The notes below the pieces were generated by a model that saw only the letters and a list, made by a program, of their open reading frames with translations, did not search any database and had not been told where the DNA came from. A DNA stretch of 63,624 bases, the filler included, from Reticulomyxa filosa (Eukaryota > Protista > Foraminifera): the NCBI GenBank assembly GCA_000512085.1. It is 26 parts of 26 records of this genome, joined end to end, with 100 filler letters (N's around TTAATTAATTAA, not from the genome) between each part and the next. Parts side by side here need not be neighbours in the genome. Positions count along the whole stretch, not along the records: positions 37,650 to 40,224 come from ASPP01001745.1; positions 40,325 to 44,155 come from ASPP01002324.1; positions 44,256 to 46,453 come from ASPP01021825.1; positions 46,554 to 47,667 come from ASPP01038537.1; positions 47,768 to 51,516 come from ASPP01006329.1; positions 51,617 to 52,733 come from ASPP01021331.1; 20 more parts are not named here. One strand, written 5' to 3'. Positions 38,573-52,612 of the stretch are shown one piece after another. The stretch's first letter is position 1; every line of letters begins with the position of its first letter. The position numbers and the translations under genes are program-made.

Positions 38573-40170
38573 ATGAGAAAAAGATAATATTTCTGTGGAA
38601 ACGATGCTGGAGCGATTGCTTGTACATTCAAATGGAGAGAGCTTTGCTTCATTTTCAGATGGCAGCACAATATTTATTTCAGGCAAGGGTTCTCACATTG
38701 CGGAAATAACAAGCAAGGATAAGAAAGCAATACGAACGATGAAGTTTCTGAGCTCTTCTCAGCAGACAAAAGTGGAATCGATATTGCAAATTCGTAACGA
38801 ATACTGTGATCCAATGTTTTTGCCAAAATTTTGCCGGGAAAAAAAGCAGTCCTTTTCAGTTTTGTTTTTTATACTTTGCACTTATTTCTTCACCACTAAA
38901 AACAGGGTTATGGAGAGGCTCGATGTGATCTCTACATTGTTAGGGGGGGGGGGGGGGGGGAAATGTAGTCCTTACTTCCAATTACGACAATACAATGGCA
39001 AGCCAACCCAAAGAAACGCACAATCAGAAAGCAAGAGGGAACATTACAACCATACGTACCAATGTACAAAATAAGTTCTGCTGATGGCAATCTCGGCCAT
39101 CTGACACTATATACTTGTGGACAAGTATTTTCCGTAGATTTCCCGGTTTGCGTTGGACAACGAGTTAAGTTTTGAAAGTTGTCATTTTTGATTGGATCTG
39201 ATTTTCTGATTGGAAGGAAAGGAGGACGGGAAAATGTTAAAAATAATGTATCATCCTACAACAGTATACGTATATGCGTGTACAAAAAGGTTTCGAAAAA
39301 TGGACGACACGTGGTGTATTATGACCACATAAAGCAACGCAAATACTATTCAATGGCGAACCACCCTTCCGCATACAGTGATCCTATCAACTCTCTGTTG
39401 CAATTGACAAATGGTACAAATGAATACATCGGTTTGTCAACAATCGTCAAACTGCCAACGGTGACAATCGATAATGATGATATCACCTCTTCAGTTCCTT
39501 TTTATGTGTATATATATATATGTCTATATGTGTGTATACGTATTTGCATGCTGCATGTATACGTTTCAACTTTTTTGTATCACGCAGGAGGGGGAAAAAA
39601 AAAAAGGGGGGGGGGGGGTACATTATTGTTATAATAATGCTGATGTATACGTGTATGCCAAAGGGGACGAAAGAATTATTTTGTGAAGAAATGTGGGAAT
39701 CTTTGGAGAGGTTTCACAAGATGAATAGCAAATACAGTAACAAAAACAGCAGTAGCTTCTGTGAAAAAAGGTATGTGTTAATGGATTGGACACCGAGCGT
39801 AATTTACCGAGTGTTTGGCGGCAAGTGCGCGCAAATGAGTAATGTCCGTAGCGACAGCGACGGAGTAGGAGGTGACTTACCTTTTGTAGAGGTAATGATC
39901 CACCACGACCACTCCTATGCGATAACCACCGCAAACGGCAAGTTTTTGAAACATTTCCTACCAAATGAACCCGAACAACTAGTGTACCCATTGAACGCAC
40001 AACTGCTGCCTCTTCGTCCCCCTTTGTCCACGTCATCCAATTCCCCTTGCACAAATGGCCAAAACCTCTTGCATTCTTCCTCCTCCTCCTATGATTTACC
40101 TGCCATCGGCCGGCATGTCATTGCAATACTTGAGCATTTCCGAATGACAAGAGTCAAATTCTCACAACTA
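38573..40170 (+). CDS. C5orf34-like (DUF4524) protein, multi-exon, 3' partial
   Basis: RLLVHSNGESFASFSDGSTIFISGKGS...ILQIRNEYCDPMFL and ISSADG...GQVFSVDF resemble the C5orf34 N-terminus (judged from memory). Confidence 0.55.
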
Positions 40171-40189
40171 CTTCTTGTTATTATTATAT

Positions 40190-40222
<33 letters not shown>

Positions 40223-40324
40223 CTNNNNNNNNNNNNNNNNNNNNNNNNNNNNNNNNNNNNNNNNNNNNTTAATTAATTAANNNNNNNNNNNNNNNNNNNN
40301 NNNNNNNNNNNNNNNNNNNNNNNN

Positions 40325-40535
40325 TTTCCTCTCCAATAAGTACTGTTTCGTGATCTTCGTGTTCATTACATGTTATCTCCATTGCATCATTTGCAATTTG
40401 TTTGCATAATAAACATTGAAAGTTTCTCAAAAGTTTTGATTTGTTGGAAGAAGAGATCCAGCTCTTGTCATAACATCCTTCAAAAGATAAATTGCTTAGC
40501 TTTTTAGCAATAGTCTCTTCACGCAGCAATAACAT
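40325..40535 (-). CDS. RING/TRAF-like zinc-finger protein N-terminus (partial)
   Basis: CYDKSW...FQCLLCKQIANDAMEITCNEH. Confidence 0.65.
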
Positions 40536-41321
40536 GCTAGTCAGTTTTTTTCTTTTTTTTGTAGTCAGTGGATAAGGGGCACACTCAGTTTTGTTTTACA
40601 CAAATGGAGACAAAGATAAATTTATTTGTTTTTTGAAAAATACCTTGATTTTGTGCACAAAAAGAAATGTTAAGATAATCTTGTTTCTATTTTTTTTTTG
40701 AGTAGATTTTTCTAGAAACAAAAAAACTGGAGTGAAAAACGAGTTTTTTTCAAGTATCCCAAAAAACGTGTCCTTATTTCCGAGTACATCTTATTGACAT
40801 TGTAGGAAAATTTTCGAAATGATAAACAACGTCACCAAAAACGAAAACTTGAAGTATTAGTACAAATCACTCACCAAACTGAGATCATCTGTGCAAAAGA
40901 CAATAGAAGATTATAACAACAGCATAGAGAGAAAAAACTATCTTATTCATTTTTGTTCATGACAATAACCTTATTTTATTCGTCTTTTTAAAAATTTTTG
41001 CTCAAGTTAACAATATAACGTGGAAAAATGCAACTCAAGCAACATTTACAAACGTTCTTCGAAAAGAAAAAGTCTAAACCGTTAACTTTTTTTCACTTCC
41101 GTCGACTTTGATATTACAATTGAGTTACGAACGAAGTACTGGTGGAACATAAACTAAAAAAGCTTTTTACAACATTTGCTTTTTTTCCAATGAAGAAGTG
41201 CCTCCAGCTATGCAAAAAATACAACAAATATGTAGCACGCCAGACCCCGTAGACAAGAAAAATAATAATAAACTTTTAGGGAATGACATATCGTTCTCGT
41301 TTTTTAACATTGAAGCAGCCC

Positions 41322-43366
41322 ATGGTAGGGCAAGAAACAAAATACAAAGATGTGAAGCCAGAGAGGATTTATCGAAAGGATAAGATGCCACATTGGACAC
41401 AAGGGGACGGCGGGGGTAATTCGGACGACGACCACAAGCATTTGGATGTGAAAAGCGAAGCACTGGACCACACCATGGCCAACTACCCATCCACGTTTGT
41501 GGACAAACTGCTAGGAAGAGGCAACGAGCACGACATGCCAAGGGTGCCCCCCTCTTCCATCTCCCCCTTCCCTCCCTCCTTTGGAATCTCCAAATAGCAA
41601 AAGGCAAAGAGTCAGTTTGATAATACCAAAAAAAAAAAAAAAAATTAATTTTTTTTTTAAATTTTGTAATAATAATAAAAATGATAATGATAATAAATGC
41701 AATTGATAACAGGATTCAAATGGCAATGTAATGAAAGAAGAAAAAGAAGAAGAAGAACAAGGCGCACTAATAAAAACAGAAGAGAGGACCTCCAACAAGC
41801 AAGAGCGAGAGATACAGAAAAGCCAAGACATTGACTTGGACGAAGTGGACATTGACTTGGACGGCTTGCAAGTCCCGCTTGCGCTGAGCGAGGTGGCAAA
41901 CGCGAAGGAGGTAGTGAGCCTTGTGGTTAAGCAAGAGGAAGTGCGCGAAGATGCGAGAGCGGATAAAAACGCCAAAGACAAAGTGCAAGCGCAAAGTGAA
42001 GATAGACACATAATATCCGCAGAAGGGGCAAAACGAGGCAAAGAAGAAGAAGAAGAAGAAGAAGACAAGGAGAAAAGGGGTGTGGATAATGGACGCGCAA
42101 AAGCGCAAAGAGAACGAAGCAAAAGGAATGACAATGACGATGACGACGAAGAAGAAGAAGAAGAAGAAGAAGGAGAAGAGGAAGAAGATGAAGAAGATGA
42201 AGAAGAGGAAGGAGAAGCAAAAGAAGAAGAAGAAGAAGAAGGAGAAGAAGAAGAGGAAGAGGAAGAAGAAGAAGAAGAATGTCGTGGACGAATATGCTTT
42301 CTATCTCGTGAAGAGCGCGACAAGATAGCTTTGAAAAACGAGGAGTTGAATCGCCTAGGTCTTGAAGAGGAGCAGGAGCGAATCGAAGAGAAGATGAAAG
42401 AGCGCGAGAAAGAATTGGAAAAGGAAGTGAAGCAGCAGTTGATCGAGCTGGTGGAACAAGAGGAGCGAAAGCGATTACAGCAAGAGCATCAAGGAGTAAT
42501 GACGGGACTCACTGCCATCATTGATGGAGATGGAATAGGAAGCATACAAAGGAGGAGGAGGAACAGGAGGAGGAGCAGGAGGAGCAGGAGGAGATGGAAC
42601 GGAACAACAGCAAATGCAATTGCCAGATGATACCGACAAAGAAAGTGAGATGGAAGAGGAATACAAGAAATGGAAAATCCGCGAGTTGAAACGCATTTTG
42701 CGGTCGATGCATAAGAAAGAACAAGAGGTGCTCGAAGAACGTGAGCTGCAGAAACGTCGCGAAATGAACGACAAGGAAATCGAATTGGATAACAGAAACC
42801 TGGGCATCAAGCAACCCAAAATCAAACCCAAAATGAAGTTTATGCAAAAGTTTTATCACAAAGGCGTGTTCTACAAAGAGGATAATATCGTTGATGAAGA
42901 ACTCCTCAATCGCAACTTCATGATGCCCACTGGCAAGGACAAGTATACCGACTATGAAAATGTACCCGAGCCCATGAAGCGAAAAGACTTTGGCAAAATG
43001 TCACAAACCAAATGTTTTGTGTCTTTTTTTTTTTTTTTCGTTACAAATATATTCATGCTTATAACATATACAATGTACATAAAATATACAGGGACTCACT
43101 TGGTCGCAGAAGACACGACCGACAAGAGAGAGTTTGTGTTTGCTCATCGCAGCACGTTTTATGAGAAAACTATTCGGCGTGGTGGAGAAGGGGGGTTCGA
43201 GAGACCCTCATTCCGACGCGTGAACAAACCCAACCCAGATGGCAAACATAGAGATAGAGACAGAGACAGAGACAAAGATAGAGATAGAGATAGGGACAGA
43301 GATAGAGATAGAGATAGAGATAGAGACAGAGACAGAAATAGGGATCGTGACAGAGGGAGAAAATAG
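41322..43366 (+). CDS. MFAP1: Microfibrillar-associated protein 1 (spliceosomal B-complex factor), with poly-Glu and a C-terminal RD repeat
   Basis: PDDTD...EEEYKKWKIRELKRI, KFMQKFYHKGVFY, PTGKD, DFGKMSQTK|THLVAEDTT. Introns near 41600-41712 and 43014-43091. Frameshift near 42545. Confidence 0.9.
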
Positions 43367-44255
43367 ATTGAGTTGCTACGGTGTGTCTCTGTTTTCTCTT
43401 TCTTTCATTTCATAGAGTGGTGTTTTGTCCATTCTTTCTTTTAATCACTGTCAATCCAATTTCTTCGAGAAAAAACAAACAATCACAATGCCTAAACAAA
43501 ATGTTTCATGATCGACTGAAAGCTTTTTTTACTGTCTTGGCAAAAATTGTTTGGAAAAAAAAAGCATTCTTTTTCTTTAAGAATTTCAATTTGACTATAC
43601 AATCTCTCAAACCTTAACTCCGTGAAAAGTCATATTTGCAAACACAAAAAACTGATCCACAAAAAATAGAAGATTTGAATTGCACAATTCAGTACTCGCA
43701 GCATTCCTTGTTATATTAAAAAATCGCATATTCGAAAACAAAATTATGTTTAAACTATTTAAATTGTTATCAATGTAGATTGCTGTTCATAATAAAATCT
43801 AAACGTGTAAAATTTTCCGTTTGACTCGTCAGTCACAGTTTTTCTCCTTTAACAAAAAAAAAAAGGGTTAGTTATCGACTATTCAACTTCTTTAAAATTG
43901 AAAGATTTATCTGCTCCAATAAAATCCAAAATCCAATGGAATACAAGCAAAAAACAGGGGAAGAATCAGCGGGCGAGGATGATGCAGACAACGCGTCTCT
44001 TGCAGAAACGTATGTCTCCACTACGTCTGTATCGAGTCGTTCGACCGTATCAAATGAGTCATGGTCACGCCACTCCAATTCAAGCGGACGTGATTCTTCA
44101 GGTTATCGTAACAAGAATTTTTCAGTTTCGAACTAAAGAGAGAAAAGGGGAGGGGNNNNNNNNNNNNNNNNNNNNNNNNNNNNNNNNNNNNNNNNNNNNT
44201 TAATTAATTAANNNNNNNNNNNNNNNNNNNNNNNNNNNNNNNNNNNNNNNNNNNN

Positions 44256-45577
44256 ACATATCTTTCCATATTACATTAAATGAATTAAATTCCTATCCAT
44301 ATTAACAATAACAACACAATTTCATTGTATTGAAGATAGAATCAATTGTAATGAAAATTACAAAAGAGCTAAGTATATTTGAATGCATTAACAGAGCAAC
44401 AATCTGATAATTTTTCTCTTTCTTCACAATCAAATGTGCAAAAGTGCCAAGTATCATTGAGAATGAGACAAAATCTCTTTGAATGAGTATTATTAATATC
44501 GAGATCATTATACCATTGAATACTCACATTGAATTCCAAAGAAGATGTCTTTGGATTTCCAAGTTGTAATGATTTCACTTTCAATTTTTTATTTTCAAAT
44601 AATACGACTCTTCGATATTCATAATCAAACACAATTTCATATTCTCTCCATTTTCCATTCATCAACATGAATATCCTTTCTGGAATATTTGATTTTGTCT
44701 TGTATCTATTTTAATACAACACAATCATAAATTTTGGAGTGGATTTTCAATATCAATTTGTAAACAAAAAATAATAAATTGAATACACAAGCTGTGCTTT
44801 GATCCATTTGCAATAACGATCCCACAAATGTAATATTTGAATATCTTGTTGGCAGCACCAATCTTCATCGTTTATTTTTTCAAATCCAAAATCGTGCAGA
44901 TTATATTCCATGTCATCCAAAGCTGTAACAAAATTCGCGCCTAGTTGATCACATTTGAGTCTCAAATTTTTATGTAGGCTGTAACAACTGATTTGACGAT
45001 ATTTAGTTGTTCTGGAGTGGTTTAATATATTCCACAATATATAAAGAGACATTGATCTGACAATCATCAGTTCTTCTCTTTCTTTCGACCTATCATTTAT
45101 TATATTTAAAACTTCTTCATTTCCTTTGATGAAAAGAAATAAACAAGTAATCATTGTATGTTAAACCTATTGGTGTCACGAGAAGAACAAATTTTTTCCA
45201 ATTCGAATCTTGTTTCATAAGAAATTTGACGACATTGTTTCCATATATTTAAAATCTCTGTTTTGTTCACTCGATTACCAAAATCTTCCAATAACGAGAG
45301 AAAATGCTTTTGATCATGGTGAAATATTCTATTTATTGAAAGAACAAAGCTGATACACTTCAGAAAAAAAAATAATTGGACATGTAGATTTAGTGGCCAA
45401 CCTATTATCATTAATACAGTGCAATATTTCATTTGTTTCGTCAATATCTTCGTCACAACAGTTCCATGCTTGTAAAATGATTTCTTTCTCAATCTCAGGG
45501 AAATTCTGTTGGAGTACCCATATATTATTGTCTCCTGTTTGCTTTGAGAGCTTACCCGACTTGTATTTTGAACTCAT
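44256..45577 (-). CDS. CUE/UBA-like plus PUB-domain protein, multi-exon (3' partial)
   Basis: LQQNFPEIEKEIILQAW (CUE-like). ILWNILNHSRTTKYRQI...FGFEK (PUB-like). Confidence 0.6.
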
Positions 45578-47292
45578 TTACAATTACAAGAAAAAGAATA
45601 TTACAAAAGACATGTTACGAAAAAATTTATCTTGTTCTCCTTCTGTCAGAACCTTGATTTAGCATTACGTCACGGCTTTTAATTTGTAACCTTTGTTGCA
45701 AAACAGAAATTCAAACTTGGAAGCGTTTTTTCAAATTATTGTTAAAAACTCTATTCTTTTATGTACTAAATTTAATAAAATACTTTCATTTCTTTTGGAT
45801 TGAATGGAAGAGAACAAGCAAATGCAAACAATGATATCCTATTAAAATTTACAAGCAATATATATAAGTTTGAATATTTCAAGGGTCATTATAAGTGAGT
45901 GCCATATGACAAGGATTTGAAATGTACATCCCATTGCCATTGCAAGCAAAGGGTTATCTATACATTGCTAACAACATTTGTTAGAATAAAATTTGTGCTG
46001 AATCATTTTTCATATTTTTTTTAAACTCTTATTGTAGACTATTTTCAATTGCATAAATAATCGATTGCATTTTATCTTTATTTTTTAATACAATTTCAAA
46101 TCAACAATTTGATTACTTTGTTGTACAACAAATTTTTTTAAAGCAACAATTCTTATGGCAATAATAGATTTAATTTTTTTATTTTATAATTATTCCGTTC
46201 AAAATTGACAAATAAATTACAATTTTCAGTTTGTGGAAATGACACAACAATCGTTTATATGCATATTTGTCTATTTTTTTATTATTTAATTTGCTTTTGT
46301 GTTTTTTATGACAAACTCGTACAACGAATAAACTTTTGTACTATGCTTAGCAAGATATCATCTTGGAGCCCCTTTTTTTTTTTCTGTTCGCATGCACCAA
46401 AGATACAGTAGATTGCAAAAAAAACCGCCATACCTAAATGGCACTATATAAAGNNNNNNNNNNNNNNNNNNNNNNNNNNNNNNNNNNNNNNNNNNNNTTA
46501 ATTAATTAANNNNNNNNNNNNNNNNNNNNNNNNNNNNNNNNNNNNNNNNNNNNTTTTTTTTTTTTTTAGGTAGTGCATCATTATCCTCACCAGGAGTCTC
46601 TACAGTTTTCAAGAGAGAGAAAAAGAAATTTACAAAGTGGCATCCAATTAGGAACGAAGTTTGATTTGACGCAATGAAGCAACTTCAATTATTGCTCCGA
46701 TACAACGAAAAAGCTCATTTTCAAATTTTCCCCTTTTTCGTTACAAACTAACGAAACGAGTGAAAAGTTGAGAAGTTCAATTAATAAAACACCCAAATTA
46801 AAATTTAACTTTTTATTGAACTACCAGTGCTTGAGATAAATCAAAATGAACTCAAAGATTATAGCCTGTGATAAAAACTTATTCAAACTAAAGTAAATTC
46901 GTTTGGAATAATGTTGGAAAAATAAAACGTTGATTATTGGCAACATACAACTAAGAATTTGCTGCACAAGATGTGCAAGGAACTGATAGAAATTCATTTT
47001 AGGGAGAGCTTTTTGAAATCGAGTGTAAATTTTTGAAGAAAACGAAAAACAATAATCATGCTGTTTGCAATAAAGTAATGAAAAGCAAGTTTATTTATTC
47101 GCAAAAATAATGTCGACAATAGAAAATTAACGCTTATGACACCTCTTTCGAAAAAATAAAAACCATACAATTCAATTAAGTGAATTTAAATATTATCAAC
47201 CAAAAAGAGTCCCTCATCAAAAGATTCATTATTTTTTCTGTCTAATTGACTATCACATTCAGATAATTGATTTTCTTCAACAGAAATAAACA

Positions 47293-47667
47293 CTAAATAT
47301 TATCTCTCAAATACGAGTGGATGTGAGCACTGAATGGGAAACAAGCATCATCAGGGATATCATCTTTGAGAACAATTTGACGATCTTGATTGACTTGAGT
47401 GCGTTGAGACACTCGCACAATTTTGGGTTCACTCAAAAGTTGCAAAAACAATTCGTCGATTTTGGTATTCGGCTCCTTTGTCGAACGATACAATGAAGAC
47501 GTCCTGTTTTCAAACACAAGAGCCAATATCTCGGCCAACATTGATTTAATTTTTTGCGCCAAATTTCCCATAAATTCACCTCTCAGCGATCCTCTTTCTC
47601 GTAATGGCTGCTTCAACACCGCTTTCAAACATGCAGTGGCTCCATTGTCAGGATCGGACAATACGTC
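47293..47667 (-). CDS. Coding fragment, possibly of an RNF213-like giant protein
   Basis: Open frame from the contig end containing a CFPFSAHIHSYL motif. The family call is weak. Confidence 0.3.
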   Translation of the reverse strand, partial: DVLSDPDNGATACLKAVLKQPLRERGSLRGEFMGNLAQKIKSMLAEILALVFENRTSSLYRSTKEPNTKIDELFLQLLSEPKIVRVSQRTQVNQDRQIVLKDDIPDDACFPFSAHIHSYLRDNI

Positions 47668-47779
47668 NNNNNNNNNNNNNNNNNNNNNNNNNNNNNNNNN
47701 NNNNNNNNNNNTTAATTAATTAANNNNNNNNNNNNNNNNNNNNNNNNNNNNNNNNNNNNNNNNNNNNTTTTTTTTTTTT

Positions 47780-50526
47780 TTTACTGTTCCCCTTTTTTTT
47801 TTTTTGCTAAAATGGTTTTATGATACATAACTTCATTTCCTCAAACACTTGGCCACAAAGAGTTAAAAACTTTTTCAAAGCGACTCGCATTGATAATTGG
47901 ATGCGTTTTGTGTCTTTCTGTATTCAACATCCGCATTAGTACTACTACTACCACTTGTCACAAATAACAAAGCAATGGAGGAAGAGACAAACACACAAAA
48001 CTGCAAATTTGTCATACTCTTGTCGAAATTTTTTCATTTCATCATCGTTGAAAATGCACTCCCAATGCTGTTGGTGTTGCAAATATATCCACAATGAGTG
48101 TGCGTGCTGCTGGCCTTTTTCCGATTGTGCTTCTGCCATACTCAATGATAGATTATTCTTTAGCTGTGTAAATTTCCCCCCCCCCCCCACATTAGTACGT
48201 ATACATATTTAGATTATTTTTAAAAAATTATATATAAATATATGTATATATTATAGATGATATAGATATGCTTTGAAATAATATATAAACTGATTCATTG
48301 GTTGCATTGACGTCCATGTCCTCGAACAAATGCAAGCCCCAAAATGCAAAGGCGTCTTCTTGAAGTTGACGAACGGCTTTAGCACGCTCTTTGTCTCCTT
48401 TTTTTTTGGAACCGTCGATAGGCGTTCTAAATTGAAATGGTAGATCAATTAAAGTAATGTTGAGCACACAGATAGTCATTAAAAAAAAAACAAAGACAAA
48501 ACTTTGAGAAAAGAGTTTGCAATCCGAGCAGTCTTTAAATTGGCTTCCTTTTTGAAATTTAGTCGCATGTAAAACTCTTTGACAGCGTCGATGCAATCTT
48601 CGAAGATGTCTTCGCACGACGGATGTGGCATCACATCTTTGATGAAGCGCAGCAGTCTTCTCAGCACCAATTGTCGCAATTGTTTGAAAGAGAGGAATTT
48701 CAGCGTGCATCGCAGCAGTCTTTTCAGACACAAGATTTCGGTTTTGATCTCTTCGACGGAGTATTCGCTGGAGCGGTAAGGCTCGTCAAACAGCATCGCT
48801 TCGGTTATGTTGGACGTTGTTTCTGGCGTCACAAAAGATCGCGGAATATTCAGCATCGAGAATGGATGATTCATTGTCGTCCACTCCGCTACGTTTAGCG
48901 TTACGTACAAATTTTTGCTCAATCTGCCTTTGAGCGAGTCGGATATGTCACTAATGAATACAAACCAATATACACATATACAGAAAGAAAGAAAGAAAGA
49001 AAGAAAATGGATAACCTCAAATCCGTGGCTTCAACACTTGAAAAGTCCACAACATTGGACGACGCATTGTCTTTGTTCGTAGCGCTTTTATTGCGCTTCC
49101 TACTTGCATCGTCGGACACCTCGTAGCTCCTTAAAAAGCGATTCAACACGTGGAGCAGCACTTGGGTCACATACTCGTGCAACACACGACATTGTGCGAC
49201 GATCTCTGGAGGATAGGGCTGCTTTTCCTCCTGCGAAGAAGAAGAAGAAGAAGAAGAAGAAGAGAATGTCGGATTTAAGATGCTGAACCGATGTTGCAAT
49301 TCCGGCATTGTGGTGGACGACGGAGACTGGAGTTCTGATTGCGCCTCTGCTTCCTCATTAGATTTCTTATTCTCAGTCGAGGAATTTTCATTACCATTGC
49401 CATTGCCATTGCCATTGCCATTGCCATTGCTCTCATTAGTTTTTGCCAATATTCGTTGCTGATGATAAGGGGCCAACAACTTGCGCATGCGATCATTGGC
49501 CGTTTGCAGCACACTCAGCACCGCCGTAAAGCCCTTGTCGTCGTTCACCAGCTGATGCCATACCAGTGTCGAACACATCTTTGCGATCAACTGGTTGCAT
49601 GCTCGAGCTTCATCGCTACTGCTCAAGGACAATATCGACACCATCCAACGATCCCAATTGCGTTGTTTCACGCAAGCTCGCTTTTATATACATACATACA
49701 TATACATATATGTATATGTATATATATATATAGTGTTTTGAAACGTATTGCCATTTTCTTTTTCAAAGTTTTATTGAATAAAAAAAAAAAAAAAAAAAAA
49801 AACTGCATTGAGTTCATTGGTGTCAATCAAAGACAACAAATCCATAAGTGTCTTGGTTTTCAATCGAAAGTCTGCCATGCCGATCAAGTACATCAATCCC
49901 TCCAAAGCTTCACTGAGCTTGATGACGTCGCCATCGAAAGGCGGCAAGACGTTGATCAAGCTGTCTTTCTTGACCGCCTTCACTTTATACGAGGACCGCA
50001 TATTGGCGGCGTCGTGTTCATGCTTGTGGGATGCGCTATTGACGGACTGGCCCGTCGAGTCCATGGAATCGGAATGTTCGATGGCCATGCTTTGGTAGCT
50101 CATGTCATCGTTGGAGTTGACAAGTGACGACGGCAGCTTGAGTCGGAACCGGCCTAATATAACATCCAACAAGGTAAGATAGGTAAGAGCGGTAGGCGGC
50201 AACTTCCCTACGGACAGGCCAATCAAATACACCAGCTGATCCAGAGCCTTGTAATCGGACGCGCTTGGTTGGTTCATTCCACTCGATATGTTGGCATTCG
50301 TTATGAGTTTCCTTTGATGCTTCACAAACGCCATCAGGATCTTTGACGCATTCAAACGGACGTCCTGCACTTGCTCCACGTGCAAGCACTCAAACAGCAC
50401 CTTCACAAGTGCGGGTTGGTTTGCCATTTGCGTAAACATTGAGTCTTTTTGATACTCGCATAATATGGCATAGCTTGCAAGCAATTGTGATTTTATCACC
50501 TTTTTTTTTTTGTTGTTGTTGTTATT

Positions 50527-50572
<46 letters not shown>

Positions 50573-51432
50573 TCAATGTTATTGCAATCTCTCCCTTCCT
50601 CTACTACTTTGTTGACAATTGTTTCATCAACTGGATGTTTGCATTGATATATCATAAATGACAACGCACGGTGGTCCGCCAGTCTGATTCGTGGCTTTTT
50701 CTGAAGCAACGTTTCGATACACTCTAACAACAGTTGCGCTATACGGGAATTGACTGACGCCGAAGCACTTGTAACACAAACAAATATTTTTTAATTTATG
50801 AGATTAAGAGGGAAAAAAAAAAAAAAGGCCCCTCCCCTCTTTTCGTCTTCTTTTCTTTGTACACTCTCAACTTGGTCACGCCTTGACTTTTGTGAGGAAA
50901 CAAGGAAGGGTAAAATTGTCTGACCATGTGCAACAAGTCGAAAATGGAGAGACAAGTAGTCATCAATTCCGGAGATGTCTTCACCAACGTGTGAATGTAG
51001 GAAGCCACGGCCAGACCGACTTCGCTTGGCGCTTGATGCCAATAGGGCACGTCCATCATCACTTGTTCAAACGCTTGAGAGAATATTTGCTGTTCAAAAA
51101 TGAATTTGTTTGATCATTAATTTGTGAATACATTATACATTATATACATATAGTGTAGTGTGTATATTAATATTGTACACTTTTTGAAGGTCACAAAAGA
51201 AATGTGATGGAATGCAAACCTTTTGCTTATCACGGTCATTGGCTTCCACAAGCATCATCACCATTTTCACGGCGTTCAACAACAGTAATGTCCGTTCCTC
51301 GGAGTTCACGTGATTGAGGATGTAGAGTTTGATGGACCCCAGTCCCATTGTGAACAATTGTCTCAACAATGACACATTTTCAGAGGCCAATTCGATGATT
51401 AAGTTTAAAATGCTGACAACTTGGCTGTTGAC
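47780..51432 (-). CDS. Neurobeachin/LRBA-like BEACH-family protein, ARM-like central region (internal fragment)
   Basis: VMMDVPYWHQAPSEV...LLHMVRQFY and LKQRNWDRWMVSIL resemble the DUF4704/ARM region. At least 7 exons. The BEACH domain itself is not in the contig. Confidence 0.55.
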
Positions 51433-51670
51433 AGATAGATAAAAATATATATACATAAATACATATACATACATATATACATATACATATATATATATAT
51501 ATATTTTTTTTTTTTTNNNNNNNNNNNNNNNNNNNNNNNNNNNNNNNNNNNNNNNNNNNNTTAATTAATTAANNNNNNNNNNNNNNNNNNNNNNNNNNNN
51601 NNNNNNNNNNNNNNNNTTTTTGTCCTCCTCCTTCACACATTTTCATTAAAAAAAAAAAAAGAAGAATCGG

Positions 51671-52612
51671 ATGAACCAAGCAAAAGCACGCAAAGTGGTG
51701 ATGCGAAAGAAATTGAAATCAATGGGATATGACTTGTCGAACATGTCTTTCAGTCGCCAACAAAAGCTATTGACAAAAGTGCTATTGCGTGGTAATGAGA
51801 AGAAAGGGGATGATAACGACAACAATGAACATGAGGAAAAGGATAGTGACATGAAAGACCTCTCAAAGCGTGCGGACGAAGAAGGAGAGGGAGATGATAA
51901 ACAAAAGTCTGAATTTTGGAAAAAGTTTGAATCCACTGACAACATTCGTGCTTTGGAAAAAATTGCACAAGAAAAAGAAGCGGCACTGAAAAAGCACTCC
52001 AAACCGAAACAAACCAAGCCCAAACCCACGCCCACACCCAAACCCAAAAAACCGACTGAAATGAAGTTAGACTTGGATTTTAATGACATTTTGAAAACCG
52101 ATTTAAAAGACCAATGGAAAGAAGAAGTTGCCATTCGAAGGGGCAGATCCGAAGTTTCTAATATGTTTTATTTTGCAAAGTATGCTCAGAAAGGGATGCA
52201 ATGCTATTTTGTTTATTTGTGTAATGTTTTGTTGCTGGAATAGAAACCTTTGAGACAAAGAGTAAAGGAGTTGCAAAAAAAGCAGAGGGAACTCCAATGG
52301 CAACTTGGCAAAAAAAAAGGAGGGGCTGAACAATTGCAAACAAGCTCTAGTGAAGTGTTGCTGCAAAGACTTGCAGGTGAGAAAGTAGAAGATAATTTGT
52401 ACGTGCTGCAAAGAAGACTCAAGAAAAAACAGTATGAAAAGAGAAGATCGAAACGACGATGGAAAGCCATTGAAGCCAAAAAGTCATTCGGCTTTAATAA
52501 GAAACAAGAACGCAGAACCATGAATATTCAAAAACGTATTCATTCTGTCAAGGAAAGAAGAACTGGCAAACTATTGCCTACTGAAAAACTTGTTGAATTA
52601 GCTGATGTGTGA
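51671..52612 (+). CDS. SURF6: Surfeit locus protein 6 / Rrp14 nucleolar protein, 2 exons (intron 52154-52243)
   Basis: LQRLAGEKVEDNLYVLQRRLKKKQYEKRRSKRRW...KQERRTMNIQKR. In-frame GT..AG intron. Confidence 0.8.

Noticed and set aside
41511-42323. Long antisense Ser/Leu/Phe-rich ORFs (also 9642-10244, 26021-26698, 49339-50127, 56210-57094)
   Set aside because: Shadow frames of real genes or of GAA repeats on the opposite strand.
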